Origin: Setoptus koraiensis
Lineage: Eukaryota; Animalia; Arthropoda
Direction of reading: 5' to 3'
Assembly (NCBI GenBank): GCA_048013815.1
Contig: CM106586.1
Coordinates: forward strand, 4,402,001-4,466,000
Length of the DNA stretch: 64,000 nt
Shown here one piece after another: positions 38,265 to 51,630 of this stretch. Every line of letters starts with the position of its first letter. Positions within the stretch are counted from its first letter, which is position 1. A program made the translations under genes and the position numbers. The notes beneath the pieces are model-generated. The model made no database searches, was not told where the DNA came from, and saw only the letters and a list, made by a program, of their open reading frames with translations.

Positions 38265-41200
38265 TTGTACTGCTGGTGGTTGCTCGTTGCTGCTCGTTGT
38301 TCGTTGTGTGCTCTCCGGCTGGCGAAACTTGATTGAGCTTCTCGCGGCTTCGCTCGCTTCTTCGATGATTCGATTCTCGCTTCTTCGATGCTTCGAATCT
38401 CGCTGCTTCTAAGCTTCGGTTCGCGCTTCTTCGCTTCTGTCGCGATGTCGACTGGCCGAGTGAGCTGCTGCCGTGGTTGTGGCTGCCGTGGTTGTGGCTG
38501 CTGTCGTTGTGGCTGCTATCGATGTGGCTGCTGTCGCGCTGGCTGCCGGCCGGCCGTCGTTCTGGTTGTTGCCGTCTGGCGGCTACTGCCACTACTACTA
38601 CTGCCACTACTACCACTACTACCACTACTACTGCTGCTACCACCGCTGCTACAACTGCTACTACCACAACTACTACTACACACCACCGCTAATACTATAA
38701 TGCTGCTACCACTACTACTGTGCCTGCCCCTTTGCTTCTGCTCACTCCACTCCCACTTTGTGCCACTACTACTGTGCTTATTTGAACTGTTGTTGCCACC
38801 ACCACCGCCGCTGCCGTCAGTAGTTGCCACCACCACCACTACTACCACCACTACCACTACCACCACCACCACTACTACTGCCAGTAGTAGCTGCGCCTAT
38901 ACACGGCTGCCGCTGCCAACTTTTCGCCTTCTGCGCACTCACCGGCTTGCCTTCGACAGTGGTAGTGTTGCAGTTGTTTGCGCATACACTGCATACAACG
39001 CACCACTGCAACAACTGTTTTCACTACCACCGTCCAATGATATCAGCACACTCTATTACATTATCAACGCGCACTGATCGCGCACAGCGCGCCAACAAAC
39101 GAGCACAGCAAAACAAACGCCAACAAATGAGTTCGCGTACAAATGTACCTACAAACATCAGCGCAGTGAGCACGACAGGCACAGCTCCCGCGCGAGCAGC
39201 AGCTTCTGTACCCACTACTTCTCTGGTAGTTGTGGTGGTGGTGGTAGTAGTTGAGGTAGTAGTGGTGGTGGCGGTAGTGGCCGACTACAGTGCAGTCGCC
39301 GCACTACAAACTGCACAAACTGCACAAACTGCACAAACTGCACAAGCTGTACAAATTGCACAAACTGTGCAAACTGTGGGTCTCAGTCTGTCCGACACAC
39401 TGTGTTCACGCGCTACCGCGCGCTGCCCGGCGCTTGTTAGCGTGGCCGGCCGACTTGCGGCGCCCCCTCTCGCACAATTTGGCAACCGTTGGCTTCGCGA
39501 ATGGCCAGCCACAGCCGGCAACTGTCAGTCAAGTGTGTGAGAATATCCGCATTATTGCGCGCCCCTAACAACTATTTAAACACATTCTTTTAAACCTACC
39601 TGCATGACTGCTGGCCTATCGCAGTGCTACAGCGACAGGCTGCTATTCACCTGTTTAAATAGTGTATTCACCTGTGCGATGATACTACCTGTGTGATTTA
39701 AGTGCTCATCGCAAGACGGACGCAACTTGGCCGAAACTGGGCGCGCCAATGGGCTCGCTGTTGCTGCTGCTGCTGATTGTACAGCAAATTGTTCAGCAAA
39801 TTGTTCAGCAAATTGTACAAAATAATAACAAATATTTGCGGCCATGCCGGCGCATACCTCGGCATCCGTCATATCGAACCGACCAACATTCGAAACAAAT
39901 TTCGAAGCAGCCACACTGGCAGTGTTCACCTGTTCGAATGCAGGCCGCTATTTCCACCCTACCCGCACCTGAGCCGCGCTCGATCAAGCCACGCCTGTGA
40001 ACACAGGTGAAATATACATAATATATGTGTAATATTGTGTGTATATATTGTTTGTAGGTTGTGTGCTGCCGGACAGTGTCGGAAACGGCCGCACTGCCCG
40101 CAACAATTTGATTTGGTGCGCGCCGGCCCGAGCGCGGCATACGGCACCTGTTGCGGCAATTGGGTGCCGGTTCAGCTTGCGAGCGGGCGCGCGCACCGGC
40201 GCACAATTAAAGACAATAGACGACGGGCCCAAGTGATGATAGGCATTGTTTGCGAGCTAGCCGTTTATGAGTGGCGCGCGGATATCCGCGACGGGCACCA
40301 CAAATAACTGTGCCGGCGCGCCGCCGCCGCCGGCCCGCCAGTGACAGAATATCAATCGTGGTCGTTTTATGGTGCTGGCATTAATGTTATTATTATTGTT
40401 ATTACTATTGCCATTATAGCTGGAGTAATAGTTTGCTTGTTAGTTGTTGTTCGGCGGCTACCGTGGTCGGCGTTGCCGCTCGGGCCTTTGAGCCGCTGGT
40501 GTCGCTGTTGTTGTTGGCTGGTTGTTGCCGTTGTTGGCTGGTTGTTGCCGGTTGTTGCCAGTGGTCGTTTATGGTCGCCTCGTGCTGACATCGCCGACCA
40601 CGAGACGGTGGCGCTAGTGTGACTGTTGCAAATCTCTGGCTCTCGCTCAAACTGAGCTCGGCCGGTGCTCAAACGCGCTCACCGGCGAGCAGCCAGTTTT
40701 GATTTAAAAGTTTGTTTAGAAGGCTCGTGTGATGGCGAAAAGAACGCGCCGGCCGACAATCCGGCGCTCGTTGAATGTTCCAATGGGCCAGTTAACTCTT
40801 TTGTTGGCCATCGCTACTTGGCTCGGCTACTTGTTGCTGTCATCGTGCTCGTTATTGTTGTGCGCAAAGTGATTGTTGTTGCTGCTGTCGTTGTTGCCGT
40901 CGCCGGCATTGTTAGTGGCCAGAGTGATTCGGTCGCCCCTCTCTGCACAACAATAAACTATTATTCAGCGCCAGCGACCACAATCAACTTCAACTCGACA
41001 GCAGAGTCATTGACTCTCGAGCACTCCGCGAACAATTGCGCTGCCTCGAACGCTTCGAACGCTTCGAACGCCTCGAACGCCTCGGACGCCTCGAACGCTG
41101 CGAACACCTCGCACACTTGCGCCACTTGAACCGAGATCGAATCGCCAAACAGCACCGAGACACGCCTACCTGGTGCTTCTTTTTCTCTGCTCTTTTTGTT

Positions 41201-43107
41201 CCAAATCAGACTATTATTTCCATACGCGACTGTCGGCGGCGGGTTAGCCCGTGCGCGGCCGGGCTTACATGCGCCAAAATGCCCATCGACCAGAACCTTT
41301 CAAGCGCTTGTTACCAGAGGTTGCGATTGAGCGATTCGCTTAAAAACGATAAACATTCGGCCACGTTGTGCGGCGTCGGCCCGGCCGGCCGGCTGGCCAT
41401 TTGACGGGCCAGCGGTTAATTGTTGCCCGTCGAGTGCAATCGATCCCGACGAACGCACACACACGAGCCACCAAATCGAAGCACGGCCACTCGTTTCCGT
41501 CCGACAGGCCGCCGAACGTGGCCAGCTCGTGCAAAAAACTTGCACGGCCACAACTTGAACCCGAACTTGAAACCTGTTGGAATCAGGTTGAAACTTGCAC
41601 GGGTCCACCTCTTCGCCCGACAGACGCTTGGAATGGCCGCAACACTCACAATGATCGAGCGAGTAATGGGCCAATTGATCAACCCGCGAACGCTCGACCG
41701 TTAGATTGGCCGGATTAGATGCCCGATGATGAAAACGACGCACGCCTAATTAGCATGGGCTCGCGGCCGGAGAGAGTCAGCGTTTAATTGAGCGCAGTGG
41801 CGCTGGCGAGCGGTCATCGAAGATGCGGCCAAGATTTGCTGCAAACAACCGACAGCAATCAAGTGCAAGCCTCGATTTGAGCCACTCAGACACAAGCTGA
41901 TACATGGGACAGGTTGCCACTTCATTAGCTGTGGCTCGCTTGGCGTTTCATGCGATACCTAGTGGCCGGCGTGTGTCGTATGGTGGCGAGAGTGGCCATT
42001 ACATACAAGCCACTTGCAATTTGCTGTATCGCTGATTTAAATTGCATTTCGCCGGTCACATCCAAGCCGCGTTAGATTGGCCAGATCAGCTCAGATCAGA
42101 TTAGATCCATTATCGCGGCTGGCATGTCGACTCGGTCGCTTGGTTTGGTTGTTTGCCGCGAATCTTGGCACCGGCAGCGACGCCAGAGAAGCCAAAAGTG
42201 GCCAATAGTGGCCGATAGTGACCAATGGTGGCCAATGGTGGACGACGAAAATGACGACAACGCGCACACGCATTCCCAATTAGCGATATCTCACCGGGCG
42301 CAGTGACAGTGACAGAGTCACAGTCGCAGTATCGCTGGCCCGACCGACATCGACGATTCCGACCGACAATGACGACTCAGACTGACAACGACGATTGTGA
42401 GTCGGACAGGAGCTGCGATGCGTCGACGCTTCGCGAGCAGCGCGTTCGCGATTCGCGGATTGGCCGCAATGGTCACAGCAGCTCGAATCGAGTCAGAATG
42501 GCAATGGGAGCGAATTGGATTAAATCAAACTTGACTCACAAGCCAGCCCGAGCCACATAAGACAGTTAGCGCGTTTTCCGGCCCGTTGACTCGCTGGCTC
42601 GCCGCCTAGTGGCCGGCACAGAGAGGCACCACGAGCCACAGCGAGGCACACCGGGCCACGATGAGGCACATGGAGCCTACTCAGTGCGCCAGTGTGCCAG
42701 TTGGTCAGTTGGTCAGTCGGCCAAATTGTCAGTGTGTCAGAGTCATAGCGCACAAGCACCATTAAGCGCCACTTATTAGGCTTGAGCGACTGTGCGACGC
42801 GCATCACATAATCGCACCATACGATGAGTTGAGTTGAATGATGAATAGTTTTGTTCAATCATGACGCGCGCAACAAGTGGCAGACGACAGCGCGAGCGAG
42901 TTGTTGCCCGCAAACGAGTGGTCATCGGCGAACGGATACCAACAGAGACGGTTGTTGTTGCTGTTTGCTTGTGGTTGTTGTCGGCTTGTCGCTGCTGCTG
43001 TTGTCTGCTTGTTGTTGCTGTTTGCCGGTTGTTGCTGTTGCTGGCGGGCAGCACGACCGATCGCGGAGCGTGCCAATTGGGCATCGGCGTCAACTTGGCC
43101 GGAACAG

Positions 43108-43108
43108 C

Positions 43109-43152
<44 letters not shown>

Positions 43153-43153
43153 C
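43108..43153. repeat. (CAA)n microsatellite
   Basis: Read directly from the sequence. Confidence 0.95.
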
Positions 43154-46100
43154 GATGCACTTGTTGCTGCTGGTCGCTTTTAATTAGTCGCTCGCTGTAA
43201 ACTGTTGCTCGTGCCAACCGGCACAACATTGGACGACGCGCCGCACGGGACGGGATGGCGCTTTGTTGTCGATACGAGCAATAACGATCGCAAGTGCGGC
43301 CAGAGTGGCCGCACTTGCCCACTGGTCAGTCACTGGCCGCGAGCAACTGACCGGTTGGCCAGCAACTCTTTCTCGTGGCATGTAAGCGTTCACTTTCGCT
43401 TGCGCCAACAGACCGAGCGAAACAATAATTTGCTGTCCGGTTTAATCTCACGCGCCGGCCAGCGTGCGCCTTTGTGCGGGTGCCGCCAACAGTGGCGCCT
43501 CCGAGATCGTTGCCCGGCGCAACATCGCGCACCAGGTAAGGCGAGCGCTCCGGCTGCGCTAATCGGGCCAAGCGCGTCGATCGGGCCAGCCGCGCTCGTC
43601 GGGCCAGCCGCAACAGTGGCGCCAGGGCCCCGGCCGCGGCCACGAGCGAGTTAGTGGCCGGTCTCACCGACGGGCCGAGCGGGCCAGCTCGCTGTCAATA
43701 GCGCGCATTAACATCGTTATTGTTGTTAGTGGCCATTAGCGGCTTAACCCGGGATTAGCGCTGACAAGCTGAGTTAGTGCGCAAATGGCCGGTCGCCCAT
43801 CGCTGCCGGTCAGCTAAATCCGCTGAGGCGACCCTCGCTCGTAGCTCGGGCTTCTGGTGCGCCAAGCGGCCGGGACAAGCGGTCAATTGCGACCTGAGCT
43901 CGCCTCACCGGGCCACCAGTGAACGGCGCGCCGCTGGCGCCCGAAAAAACGGCGGCTCACCTGTCGTGCCAATTGTTTGTTTGGTCGGTGGCCGCTGGCC
44001 GGCGTGGCGCACTTGTCGCCAGGATGGTCGCCAATTACACACACACACACACAGCGAATGGGCAGCGAGTGACTTTCGCCCAGTGACAAATTGTGCCCGT
44101 CGCGCGCGTCGGCACAATTTGTGCGCCGGCGGCCGGCGGGTAAAAGCGGCTCTCGGCCCAACTGAACCGAATCGGGCGACGCTGATCACTCGACAGCTCG
44201 CGGCTCGCAGCTCGCAGCTAATAAGTGAGCCCAAGGAGATAATTGAGATTGGCCGAATATCCGACACACACACACAAGACTATTTAATGGTTGCAGCGGG
44301 CATATTCACCCAAATATCGCCGCTCACTGGCCACTCGATGACCAGTCGTGATAATGTGCCAAATGAGCGTGACTTGTGCGCGCCTGTGCCGCCGCCGCTG
44401 CTGCTGCTGCAATTGACGGTGTCGCCACACCGCACCGCCGGCGACACCAGGCCCGGCGCCGACAGCAGTCACTCTTTGAAGTAGACCGACCGACCGCGCG
44501 CTGGCCGGCGCTTTGGCCGGAGCGGCCCGGTCGGCGGCGCCCGCCGCATCCATAACAGAGTCTTCACCTGACAATGGCTAGCTGACGCGCGGCGCGGCGA
44601 CGGCCGCGGTCAGCTCGTGCGCGTCGCTCGGACCATTGTTCAAACAAGCGACGGGCGCACAGCGGCGGCGCTGTGCGCCCGTCGGGCTCGGGCTGCGCAA
44701 CTTGACTCTGGCTGTTATTGTACAATTGTTGTATCTCGCAATACAATAATAATGATACTGCCGCAAATAAATAATAAATGCATGAATAATGCGCACTGTC
44801 CGTGCTCGCCGGCGAGTGATGGCTGAATGAGGGCGCCAAGTGAGCTGCCACGAGGAGCGCAAGTGGCGCCACTGGGATAACATGTCATTTAGTGTGCCGA
44901 GCGGTCAGTTTGGCTCGGTCGGCTCGGCCACTGTGCTGGCCGCTGCGGCCAGAGGTGAGCGCCGGCGCGACAAGTGACGCGAGTAAGTTATAGGTTGCAA
45001 GTGCCAACTGGTCATCACAACTGGTCATCACAACTGGCCGAGTGGCAGCAGTGATTTGCGCCGCCAAGTGGACAGGTAATGGCTCACAAGTGAGTCGGTT
45101 GTTTGTTTGTTCGTGCGTTTGTTTGTTTGTTGTTGCTGCCTGTGAGTGTTGACTTTGCAAGTGGTAGCATGAAAATTGTATTGTTTGTTTGTTGTTGTTG
45201 TCGTTGTTGTCGTCGTTGTTGCTGTCGCTGTTGTCGGCTCGCTTGGCTGGCTCTTGTCTCCGCTTGCGACGACAAGCTAGAATTAAGCCAACTGTTTAGT
45301 GTGTGTGTGTGTGTCTGATTTAAAACTTTTCACTAGTAGTGCTGCCGGCGCAATTTGCGGCCCAATTGGCGCTGCTGTCGGTGTCGTGGCCGCGGCAGCG
45401 CCTAATTATAAGTAATTACATTTTGTCATAGCGCTTTTGGCGGCGCTGTTGCGCTTCCATTTACAAACACACTGCGATTCTCACACTTGGCTTCGTTTCT
45501 CACTCACTCGCCACATCCTCTTTACCTGTGCCAGGCGCTGCTGTAATTGATGATGGGCCATTGAGCATTGTTTGTTCAGTGGTCATCGTTTGTCGTGGTC
45601 GGCGCTGTTGTCGCTCACCGCTCACCGAATCGCTGTCCGGACGGCACTACTGACCGCTACTCTCGCCGGCCGCCACTCTCACTGGCCGAAGCGGCCGGAC
45701 TGACCGAAGCGGCCCAAGTGACCGAAGCGGCCCAAGTGACCGAAGCGGCAATTGTGCGCCAGTGTGCGCCGCAAACACGCTCAAATCGCCGGCGCTCGCA
45801 GGGCCTCAATTAAGCCAACACAAACAACAGTGACAGGCCGACAGTAAACGGACAGACTACTAATTAGCCGCTACTGCTGATTAGAGGTTGGTCCGTCGGT
45901 CAGCGGTCTAGGTGGCCCGCGGTGCCATTGGCAGGTGTGTGTGTGTGTGCGTGCCGGGCAATGGGCATTTAGCGGTTTCGGGGCGCCTTTGATGCTCACC
46001 TTTCCCAATGCTTTCTCGGTGCTCACCTTTTGCGATGCTCACCTTTTTTGATGCTCACCTGGTTGTCAACAGAGTCGGCGCGCCAAGTGCAAACTCTTTT

Positions 46101-49100
46101 GACACCCGCTTTGCGCTTTGATGCGCATCTCGCATCTAATTTGCATGTTTGCTGGCGGAGTGTGCATATCTGCAGATTGCAACACTTGTAATCTGCTGCA
46201 GTGTTGATATAGCTGGCATTGTCAGCTCGGCGGCAGGCTGTTCGAGCACCATACCTAAGTAGGTAAGTAAGTGGCGCTTGCGCAATCCCATCTAGTGGCC
46301 GGTTTGTGACCGAGCTAGCCCAGTCACGCACAACATTGTCGAGGCCCGGCATCACGGCTCCAAGATGATCGCGCTTGAGCCGGGCCCACAATCGGCAATC
46401 AATGGCCCACCGATGGGCTACCTGCTGGGTTCCAGTGGGCCCACAATGGGTTCGCAAATGGGTCATAGGTTCTCATTATTATAATTTAGATAACTTCCTT
46501 CCTTGTCAGGCCAAGAGAGATCTCGAGCTCATTCGACACGAGCTCGCAATACTACAGAGTAGGGCTCCTTCACCTGGAAGACCATCAAAAGTATAACAGT
46601 TCTAATAAATCAAGTAGTAAGAAATATTATTTTTCCATTTATGTATATATTGAATTACACAGAATGCTTTTAATTCCACTGATATGACCAAACAAGAATG
46701 CCTGTTTCGCTTCTTTGCCTTCCCATTGAATACTCAATACTAATTGATCTTAATCAACACGCTTGATTAATGTTTATTTTTTCATTTTAAAGAACAAAGC
46801 AAAGTCATTCTCAAGATTTGTGGGAGGTCAATCATCGTGATGTAACAAGTTGGTCCAACAAAAATGCCGTTAAGACAGATCAACGTCGAGCTTGCGATGG
46901 CGATCTGGAGCTTGTTGAAGTGCTAGCTGAATATAAAAAAAAGCACTCCGAGGCATTGATAATTGCATAGTAATAGTGCTACTAATAAGCGCTAATAATG
47001 GTCAATCAATGAGCTACCTGTGGGGTACCAGTGGGCCCACAATGGGCACCAACGGGGTCGCAAATGAGTCAGTGACAAGATGCGACAGGCCCACTGAAAC
47101 AAATAACGGAGTTGATTTTTATGAATATATCCGCCAGTGAATAAGCAGTGAAATAGGCAAGAGCTGCACCGAGAGACGCCACTGCATCAAGCAAACCGAT
47201 GCTGGCTCTCGACTATTCTCATCCATTCCGATCCATTCTTGTATTTGCTGATTCGGTATCAGCCGAAATCGCCAGCAAAAAAAGCTTATGTAATGTGCGT
47301 GCCAGAATGTTAGACACGCACATCATATGAAACTGTTAGCAGCGGGCAACCGCACGCACATATCACGTGTGTCCGATTCACAAATTGTTGTCTGCTTGCG
47401 GCTGCGAATCACAATTTATCCGCGAGAATGACAATTTATCCGCTAGAGTGACAATCTGTTGGCGAGAATGACAATTCATTGGCGGCAATGAGAGCGGCCA
47501 CAAGCGTCTGATCATAGACACAAGTCGCTGATTATAGCATTGCCCAATGGCCTCTCATGAATCGGCCGGCGCGAGATCCGGCTGAGACCATTGAGACAAT
47601 TGAATCGCATGGGCCCATTGGAGCGGCCAGCGCGAGTCATGCGAGATGCGAATCGGTTGCCGGCAGCATGACATGACAATCATCGTCATGACAAGTGTTT
47701 CTCCGACAAAATTTCGCGTCGCTTTCATCCGCCGCTTACCTGTCGCTTGACCGTCGCTTGACCGCCGCTCGACCGCCGCTCACATGCCGCCAATGCGGAG
47801 CGGCCATTCGGACCTTCTGACCGAAATGACTAATAGTGTGCCGGCAATTAGCCACAGATTGCTCTCGTTGTCGCCATTTCATGCATACAAACAGCCCAAC
47901 AACTCGCCAGCTTCTGGCCAGACTGTGCCCGGCTGAATCGCGTGCCAGCGGTCGGCGCGGATCGAGCGGCCAGTATCAATTGCTCGACTGTCAAATAAGC
48001 TCGCAAGCGCCGCCACAATTCGCGGCATCCGGTTGCACTGTCGACACTGGCCGAGCGCGCTGTGCAACAACAGGATGCTGTTGCGCAACCTGTCGCTGCA
48101 CAGTGCGGCACAGCACTAATTGCCGGCCTCATCGGACGGTCGCATAGCCGCATAATCGCGTAGCCGCATAATCGCGTAGCCGCATAGTTGCGTAACCGCG
48201 TAACCGGAGCCCGGCAATTAGCATACCTGCTGAGGGCGAGATTGCTCGCTTGCAGCACCAAATCGAGCCAATTTCGGCCGAAATATGATTACGCATGCAA
48301 GAATGTATGAGCCATATGAAACCAGGATCCTGGTCAGCGCGCAGACCGCAACAAGTGCACAAGTGGCGAGCCCTTGCGGCAACATGGCGACAGTTTTTCT
48401 ATGGCTGTGAGAACGTAACTTGCTCTGCGTAATGATCACAGTTCAATTTTTAATAATTATTAATAACTGTTCACTTGGCATCGCCTGCACACACCATTAC
48501 AGAAACAGCAATAATGATGCAATAATTAATTGGTCCGTTGGCTAACGCGCGCGGTCAGTGCGCAAACTAACAACTTGTAACTCGCGACTTGTAACTCGCA
48601 GCTTGTAACTTGCAAATTGTAGTTGCAGTTGCAGTTGTCGTTGGCACAGCAAACAGCTCAGCGCGGCCATAGTGTGCCAGTGAGCCGCTGGTGGTGAGAT
48701 GGCGCAACAATTAATTGTTAGTTGCAAATAAATTATTAATTAATGCCGGCCAGTGATTAATGCGCTGACGCGTTAATTCTGTGCGCGTCCCACTGGCGGT
48801 TGTTGGCGGTTGTTGGCGGTTGTTGGCGGCTGTTGGCGGCTGTTGGCGGCTGTTGTGCCAGCAGCGGTGCCAGCGCGTACGCGTTGTGTCCAATTAACTT
48901 CTCGTTGGCTCGGCCGGACCGGTCATTAGACAGCAATTAGACGTGCGCGCTCGTATCATTGATTTAATGTCCAATGCGCTTCGCGATGTGCTCATTTTGC
49001 TCATTTTGCTCATTTTGTTTGCATTGCGGCATCAGCGTTTCGCATGTGAACTTCGGTTAAAAAGTTGTGGCCACTAATGCAACTCGTGCAAACGTATCCA

Positions 49101-51487
49101 TCGATTTAATGGCACGTTGCCATTAAATACGTTGCTTGTTGCATAATGATGTGCGCGCCAATTACGCGCCGCCAACGTGGCCAACAACAAGCATCGATAT
49201 GTGAATGATGATAATTGCACTTGTTGATTGTGGCCTCATTGATGCTTGTGCATTGTGCGTTGTGCAATCATGTTAGCCAGACACACAATCTGTTTGGCCA
49301 ATGTGATTACGCGGCAACAAATTAAAAATTAATCGCGCCAACGATCATTATGCGTGCTGACATTGGCTTGTTTGTTGCGGTCATCAGTGTTAGAGTGGCC
49401 ATTTGAGGCCACAGTTAATGCGAGCGTTGCCAACGCTCGCCTTAACTGCCGCGCTCGAAATGTCGCAACTTGCGCCGCTCTGTGCGAGCCTGGTCCAATT
49501 TAATGGTCACCTTTGCTCCGTGTCGGCGTGCGTGTGTGTGTGTGTGTGTTGTACGTGATCGACTGTGGTCACACACACACACACGCTCTCACACTCACCT
49601 GTGCGTCGTCTGTGTGCGCGGCGTGCATTTATCGTGCGGCCATTGGGTCGGCCCAGTTAGGCTATTAGTGTGTGTGTGTGTGTGTGTGCGTAAACTGTCA
49701 CGGACAAAGGATCATCATCAAATGAGAGAGGATGAGAGCGAAAATCAACAACAACAACAACAACAACAAGTGGGTGGAGTTGCTTGCCTGCGCGCTGGCG
49801 ACCACAGACTCGCCGCGGTGCTCTACTCTCTCTCGACTCACCTGAGCAGCTCACCTGAGCCACTCACCTGAGCAAGTGAGCGAGTGTCCGATCGGTGCCA
49901 TGCAAATGGTATCGGCGGCGGGCGGACACTGGCCACAAGCTGATCATTATGACCCTAATGATCGCCTCTGTCTCTCTATAGGATGTGTCAATCATTTGCT
50001 GGTGTGTGCGTTACGCAAACGGCCATACGCGAACACTGTCTAAACAGTGTCCACACACATATAAACAGTGTCCAGTACAAGATAATAGATTGTGGGAACT
50101 AGCGACTTTCGCGCCGCAAACAATGAGCGTGTGACCTTCGCACACTGGACACCTCCGCGCACAGCGCGCAACATAAATACAGATAATATACGCAATACAC
50201 GTCAATATTAGCCACTTAGACAGCACATTATCATTATTGCATCATTGCATCATTGTATCTTTGTATGGTTGCATGGTTGCATCGTTACATTGTTGCATAA
50301 CTCACAATATATAAATATGGTATCGTCGGTCAGTTTGCTAGTTCAGTGTGCGCAGTGGCAGTGACATAATGCGCGCGGCCTTATGTTATGGGCATTATGT
50401 TGCACAAGCCCGCCTGCTTATGCAACATAATCATGCCCATAATCAACAGGCAACAGGTGAGCGCGTATTGTATCAATTGCGCCCAGACAGGCCAGTCAAC
50501 TTGCGCAACAAATGCACGTCAGATGAGTGGCGCCACGCTCGTCTAAGCCACTAATGACACTGTGCCAATATCACGCGCCACTGGCATTGTTTGGCCTGTT
50601 GCCATATAATCATATCGGCGATTATTATTTCAATATTTGTGGGCGCAATTCGTGCCAGTTCGTGTACAATATGATCACGACCACTTGTGCCCCTTGTGAC
50701 AGCTCGCAACATCCTGCTGCAACAGCCACAACTGCTGGCCGCCATCACAACCGACGCAACAACCGCAACCGACGCGACGGTGCCGAATTGAAACGGGCTC
50801 GTCGATGATCTGGCCGGCGAAACAAATCGCACAATTTTGTGTTTATATCATCGACACACGATGGGCCGCTGAGATAATAGGAGGCCGCTCAGCCAGCAGC
50901 AACAAAGCACAGATTGTGGCACAATTTGTGAGGCATCCATTTATTTGTAGCTATAAACAGAGTTTAAGCGGCCAAAAAAATGAACTGACAAGTGAGGCCG
51001 CCACAATGGGCCGGCGCGGACGTGCCGATGCCTCGGACACGGTGATTAATCATGTTTGCTTTGGCGCGCAACCGGGCCGCCGAGTGACCACTTGCAGCTC
51101 GCTTAACTGGGCGCTTGCGTCCAGCGATCACGTTGTAGTCTAGTTGTAGTTTGTGGTCACTCGGTTTGCGGCCACTCGGTTTGCGGCCACTCGGTTTGCG
51201 GCCAGAGTGACCACAAGAGTGACCACAAACTGCAACCGGGTTGATGGAGCACTCACGTCAGTTGATAGGAGAATGACACACTCTCATGTTGATTTTGTTT
51301 TCGCTCAATTGAGCGCCAGACCATGCGCAACATTTGCACAAAAGTTTGCAGCAAAGTGGGTCTCGCTCGCGCTGACCACTGCTGTGCTGACAGTGCCCAA
51401 AAGCGAGCAAAAGTCGCCAGCCAAGTCCCAAAGTCACAATTTGCGACCCGCAAAGCCAGTGATTTGATTTGGTTAATTTGAATACCA

Positions 51488-51630
51488 CTGGCCAGCCTGG
51501 AGCCGCCGATATTCACCAGTGGCCGCGATATCCACCATTGGTCGCAATATTCACCGGTGCCAGCGACATTCACCAGTGCCAGCGACATTCACCAGTGCGG
51601 CCGATATTCACCAGCGCCGGCGATATTCAC
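51488..51630. repeat. Degenerate 18-20-bp tandem repeat (core GATATTCACCAGTG) x7
   Basis: Read directly; no unique spacers. Confidence 0.8.

Noticed and set aside
23782-47020. About seven minus-strand CAGGTAG (Zelda/TAGteam) sites
   Set aside because: Better treated as part of the general CAGGT strand bias; I have no evidence for Zelda in this lineage.
51488-51630. CRISPR-like appearance of short repeats (also 20743-20832)
   Set aside because: No unique spacers, degenerate abutting units, no cas genes, eukaryotic context.
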